50,710 nt of DNA, from NCBI GenBank assembly GCA_035433265.1, contig DAORUQ010000002.1, positions 1 through 50,710 of the forward strand, in the 5' to 3' direction. Position 1 is the stretch's first letter. Each line of letters starts with the position of its first letter. The notes under the pieces were generated by a model. The model did no database searches, was not told the origin of the DNA, and worked only from the letters and a program-made list of their open reading frames with translations. Made by a program: the position numbers and the translations under genes. The stretch is from Pseudomonadales bacterium. Its GTDB lineage: Bacteria; Pseudomonadota; Gammaproteobacteria; Pseudomonadales; UBA5518. Below, one piece after another: positions 47,244 through 50,710 of the stretch.

Positions 47244-50200
47244 TGGCCGCCTTCTTCATCGAACGCCCCATCTTCGCGTGGGTCATCGCGATCGTCGTGA
47301 TGCTCGCCGGCGCGCTGTCGATACGCACGCTGCCGGTCAGCCAGTATCCCGAGATCGCCCCACCGTCGGTGAGCGTGAGCGCGAGCTACCCCGGCGCCTC
47401 GGCGCGCACGCTCGAGGACACCGTCACGCAGGTGATCGAGCAGAACATGAAGGCGCTCGACGGCCTGCTGTACATGTCCTCGACCAGCGACTCGGCCGGA
47501 AACGCCTCGGTCATGCTGAGCTTCCAGCCCGGCACCGACATCGACATCGCCCAGGTGCAGGTGCAGAACAAGCTGCAGCTGGCCACGCCGATGCTGCCGC
47601 GCGAGGTGCAGCAGCAGGGGCTGCGCGTGAACAAGGCGATGTCGAACCTCCTGCTGGTCGTGGCCTTCTACTCCGAGGACGGCAGCATGGCCGAGCTGGA
47701 GATCGCCGACTACGTGGTCTCGAACGTCCTCGACAGCATCAGCCGCGTGAAGGGCGTGGGTGACATCCGCGTGCTCGGCGGCGCACAGGCCGCGATGCGC
47801 ATCTGGCTCGATCCGGCCAGGCTCCACAGCTTCGCGCTGACACCGGCCGATGTGCGCGCGGCGATCGAGGCGCAGAACGCCCAGGTCTCGGCGGGCGAGC
47901 TCGGCGGCACGCCGGCCATCCCCGGGCAACAGATATCGGCCACCATCAGCGCACAGTCGCGACTGCAGACGCCCGAGCAGTTCGGCGCCATCCTGCTGCG
48001 CGTCAATACCGACGGCTCGACGCTGCGCCTGCGCGACGTGGCGCGCATCGAGCTCGGCAGCGAGACCTACAGCGTGCGCAGCCGCTTCAACGGCAAGCCG
48101 GCGGCGGGCCTCGGCATCATGCAGCAATCCGGCGCCAATGCGCTGGAGACCGCCGCGGCCGTGCGTGCGCGCCTCGCCGAGCTAGAGGCGCACTTTCCGC
48201 CGGGCCTGCACCTCGCGGTCCCGCACGACACCACGCCCGTGGTGAAGGAATCCATCCGCGGCGTGGTGATCACGCTGCTGGAAGCCATCGGGCTGGTCTT
48301 CCTGGTGATGCTGCTGTTCCTGCAGAACTTGCGCGCCACGCTGATCCCCACGCTCGCGGTGCCCGTGGTGCTGCTCGGCACCTTCGCGGTGCTGGCGGCC
48401 TTCGGCTTCGGCATCAACACGCTCACGATGTTCGCGATGGTGCTGGCGATCGGCCTGCTGGTCGATGATGCGATCGTGGTCGTCGAGAACGTCGAACGCG
48501 TGATGCGCGAGGAAGGATTGCCCGCGCGCGAGGCGACGCGCAAGGCCATGGGACAGATCAGCGGCGCGCTGGTCGGCATCGCGCTGGTGCTGTCGGCGGT
48601 GTTCGTGCCGATGGCCTTCTTCGGCGGCTCCACCGGCCTGATCTACCGCCAGTTCTCCATCACGATCGTCTCGGCGATGGTGCTGTCGGTGCTGGTGGCG
48701 CTGATCTTCACGCCGGCGCTGTGCGCCACGCTGCTGCGCCCGCACGCGGGCGGCGAATCGGCGCATGGCCTCTTCGGCTGGTTCAACCGCGTTTTTGCCG
48801 CGGCCACCGGGCGCTACACTGATACCGTCGCCGCGTGGCTGCGCCGCGGCCTGCGCTACCTGGTGCTCTACGCCGTGCTGCTGGCTGCGCTGGCACTGCT
48901 GTTCATGCGCCTGCCGACGGCCTTTTTACCCGAGGAGGACAGCGGCTTCATCGTCACGATGGCGCAGCTGCCGCCGGGCGCGACGCTGGAGCGCACGCAG
49001 AAGACCATGGAACACATCAGCCGCCACTACCTCGAGAACGAGAGCGCGCTGGTCACCAAGGTGTTCGCCACCAGCGGCTTCAGCTTCGCCGGCAGCGGCC
49101 AGAACGCCGGCCAGGCCTTCGTCGAGCTGAGTCCCTGGGAAGAGCGCACCGATCCGTCGCAGGGCGTGCAGACGCTCGCCGAGCGCGCGCGGCAGGCACT
49201 GCGGTCCCTTCCCGACGGCATCGCCTTTCCCATGGTTCCGCCCCCGGTGCGCGAGCTGGGCAACGCCACCGGCTTCACGCTGTTCCTGCAGGACCGCGGC
49301 GGACTGGGCCATGCCGCGCTGATGGACGCGCGCAACCGCCTGCTCGGGATGGCCGAGCAGCACCCGCAGCTGCGCGGCGTGCGCCCGAACGGACTGGAGG
49401 ACACGCCACAGCTGCAACTCGACATCGACCACGACAAGGCCAGCGCGCTGGGACTCTCGGTCGCCGGCATCAACGACGTGCTCTCCACGGCCTGGGGCGG
49501 GCGCTACGTCAACGACTTCATCGACCGCGGTCGCGTGAAAAAGGTCTATGTGCAGGGAAATGCCGAAGCGCGCATGCAGCCCGAGGACCTGGAAAAATGG
49601 TACGCGCGCAACGACAAGGGCCAGATGGTGCCGTTCTCGGCCTTCGCCTCCGCGCACTGGACCTACGGCTCGCCACGACTGACGCGCTACAACGGCATAC
49701 CCGCCGTGGAGATCCAGGGCCAGGCGGCGCCCGGAGTAAGCACCGGGCAGGCCATGCAGGCGATTGCCGGCATCATTGCCGAGCTGCCGCCCGGCATCGG
49801 CTTCGAATGGACCGGCGTCTCGCTGCAGGAGCAACAATCCGGCGGCCAGGCACCGCTGCTCTACGCGCTGTCGCTGCTGGTGGTGTTCCTGTGCCTCGCC
49901 GCGCTCTACGAGAGCTGGTCGATCCCCTTCGCGATCATGCTGGTGGTGCCGCTCGGTGTGTTCGGCGCCGTGCTCGCCGCGACGCTCGCCGGCAAGGCCA
50001 ACGACGTGTATTTCCAGGTCGCGCTGCTGACCACGATCGGCCTGTCGGCGAAAAACGCGATCCTGATCGTGGAGTTCGCCAAGACCCGCCAGGAACACGG
50101 CGCGGGCCTGGTCGAGGCCACGCTGGAAGCCTGCCGCCTGCGGCTGCGCCCGATCATCATGACCTCGCTGGCTTTCGTCTGCGGCGTGCTGCCGCTCGCC

Positions 50201-50362
50201 ACCGCCGATGGTGCCGGCTCGGGTGCGCAGAACGCGATCGGCACCGGCGTGGTCGGCGGCATGATCTCGGCCACCGTGCTCGCGATCTTCTTCGTGCCGC
50301 TGTTCTACGTGCGGGTGCGGCGCCGCTTCGCCGCGGAGCGCTCCCCGACCGGCACCGATTGA
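47243..50362 (+). CDS. RND multidrug efflux permease (HAE1, AcrB/MexB-like)
   Basis: 1039 aa. [24 protein letters not shown]-terminus. 12-TM architecture with two large periplasmic loops. Start overlaps the MFP stop (ATGA-type). Confidence 0.95.
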   Translation: MAAFFIERPIFAWVIAIVVMLAGALSIRTLPVSQYPEIAPPSVSVSASYPGASARTLEDTVTQVIEQNMKALDGLLYMSSTSDSAGNASVMLSFQPGTDIDIAQVQVQNKLQLATPMLPREVQQQGLRVNKAMSNLLLVVAFYSEDGSMAELEIADYVVSNVLDSISRVKGVGDIRVLGGAQAAMRIWLDPARLHSFALTPADVRAAIEAQNAQVSAGELGGTPAIPGQQISATISAQSRLQTPEQFGAILLRVNTDGSTLRLRDVARIELGSETYSVRSRFNGKPAAGLGIMQQSGANALETAAAVRARLAELEAHFPPGLHLAVPHDTTPVVKESIRGVVITLLEAIGLVFLVMLLFLQNLRATLIPTLAVPVVLLGTFAVLAAFGFGINTLTMFAMVLAIGLLVDDAIVVVENVERVMREEGLPAREATRKAMGQISGALVGIALVLSAVFVPMAFFGGSTGLIYRQFSITIVSAMVLSVLVALIFTPALCATLLRPHAGGESAHGLFGWFNRVFAAATGRYTDTVAAWLRRGLRYLVLYAVLLAALALLFMRLPTAFLPEEDSGFIVTMAQLPPGATLERTQKTMEHISRHYLENESALVTKVFATSGFSFAGSGQNAGQAFVELSPWEERTDPSQGVQTLAERARQALRSLPDGIAFPMVPPPVRELGNATGFTLFLQDRGGLGHAALMDARNRLLGMAEQHPQLRGVRPNGLEDTPQLQLDIDHDKASALGLSVAGINDVLSTAWGGRYVNDFIDRGRVKKVYVQGNAEARMQPEDLEKWYARNDKGQMVPFSAFASAHWTYGSPRLTRYNGIPAVEIQGQAAPGVSTGQAMQAIAGIIAELPPGIGFEWTGVSLQEQQSGGQAPLLYALSLLVVFLCLAALYESWSIPFAIMLVVPLGVFGAVLAATLAGKANDVYFQVALLTTIGLSAKNAILIVEFAKTRQEHGAGLVEATLEACRLRLRPIIMTSLAFVCGVLPLATADGAGSGAQNAIGTGVVGGMISATVLAIFFVPLFYVRVRRRFAAERSPTGTD

Positions 50363-50386
50363 TGATCGGGATGAGGTGAACCGCAG

Positions 50387-50710
50387 ATGACGACGGAAAT
50401 TGCTTCCCGCGAGCCCGGTTGGGCGGAACTGCTGCGCGGCCACCTGCGCGAGCACTCGCTCGCGGCACTCGGGCTGGGTTGCGCGCTCGTGGCCGTGCTG
50501 GCGCTGCTGGCTCAGAGCATCGCGCAGGTGCTCGGCGGCGAGGCCGCGCCGGGGCTGCGGCTGGCGCTGCTGGGCGGCGCGGCGGGCTTCGCAACAACCA
50601 CGCTCGGTGCGCTGCCCGCACTGGCGCTGCGCGGCCTGCCCCAGCGCATCGAGGACAGCCTGATGGGGCTCGCGGCCGGCATGATGCTCGCCGCGAGCGC
50701 GTTCTCGCTG
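50387..50710 (+). CDS. ZIP-family (ZupT/GufA-like) metal transporter, 5' fragment (runs off window)
   Basis: Not in the track (no stop in window). ATG at 50387 with GAGGTG 8 nt upstream. Hand translation MTTEIASREPGWAELLRGH...GFATTTLGALPALALRGLPQRIEDSLMGLAAGMMLAASAFSL resembles the ZIP TM1-TM3 region. Confidence 0.65.
   Translation, partial: MTTEIASREPGWAELLRGHLREHSLAALGLGCALVAVLALLAQSIAQVLGGEAAPGLRLALLGGAAGFATTTLGALPALALRGLPQRIEDSLMGLAAGMMLAASAFSL

Noticed and set aside
48926-50455. 509-aa minus-strand ORF and 514-aa alternative plus-frame ORF (48835..50379)
   Set aside because: They overlap the RND permease, which has a clear 12-TM AcrB-like frame. Their composition is junk-like.

Overview
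A 50.7-kb, high-GC (about two-thirds G+C by eye), densely coding proteobacterial chromosomal segment. I support about 47 protein-coding genes. I found no rRNA, tRNA, CRISPR array, IS/transposase, integrase or phage gene, and no canonical defence system. I cannot assign a taxon from sequence alone.

Layout:
(1) 1-19.2 kb is an oxygenase-dense catabolic region. It holds four Rieske alpha-subunit genes, two TauD/TfdA dioxygenases, a Baeyer-Villiger monooxygenase, a VOC protein, three NTF2/SnoaL-like proteins, two SDRs, a TonB-dependent receptor and two divergent LysR regulators.
(2) 19.3-28.5 kb is one long minus-strand operon: a fifth Rieske alpha, a family-III CoA-transferase, an acyl-CoA dehydrogenase, a CitE-like lyase, an acetyl-CoA hydrolase/transferase-family enzyme, a crotonase and an MFS transporter. 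A divergent GntR/HutC regulator next to it has clear palindromic operators.
(3) 28.5-33 kb holds DedA, an APC amino-acid permease bracketed by REP-like palindromes, and a ThDP enzyme.
(4) 33.2-35.8 kb holds a methyltransferase-archease-RtcB RNA-ligase operon with no RtcA or RtcR.
(5) 36.4-45.3 kb holds a lipoprotein prolyl oligopeptidase, a redox cluster (BigR/SqrR-like ArsR regulator, DUF3365 haem-c protein, thioredoxin-2, Bcr MFS), two AhpD-like proteins with an FlK-like thioesterase, a YpfJ peptidase and an HDOD protein.
(6) 45.3-50.7 kb holds TetR-MFP-RND efflux genes and a truncated ZIP transporter.

Best candidates for new biology:
- The multi-oxygenase/TonB regulon has no beta subunits or electron-transfer partners. 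It has NTF2-like proteins and a 107-aa orphan protein as possible surrogate subunits.
- The methyltransferase-archease-RtcB module.
- The operon joining a Rieske oxygenase to an itaconate-like (rip-type) CoA pathway.

All functional calls come from motif and family recognition by eye. No database search was run.
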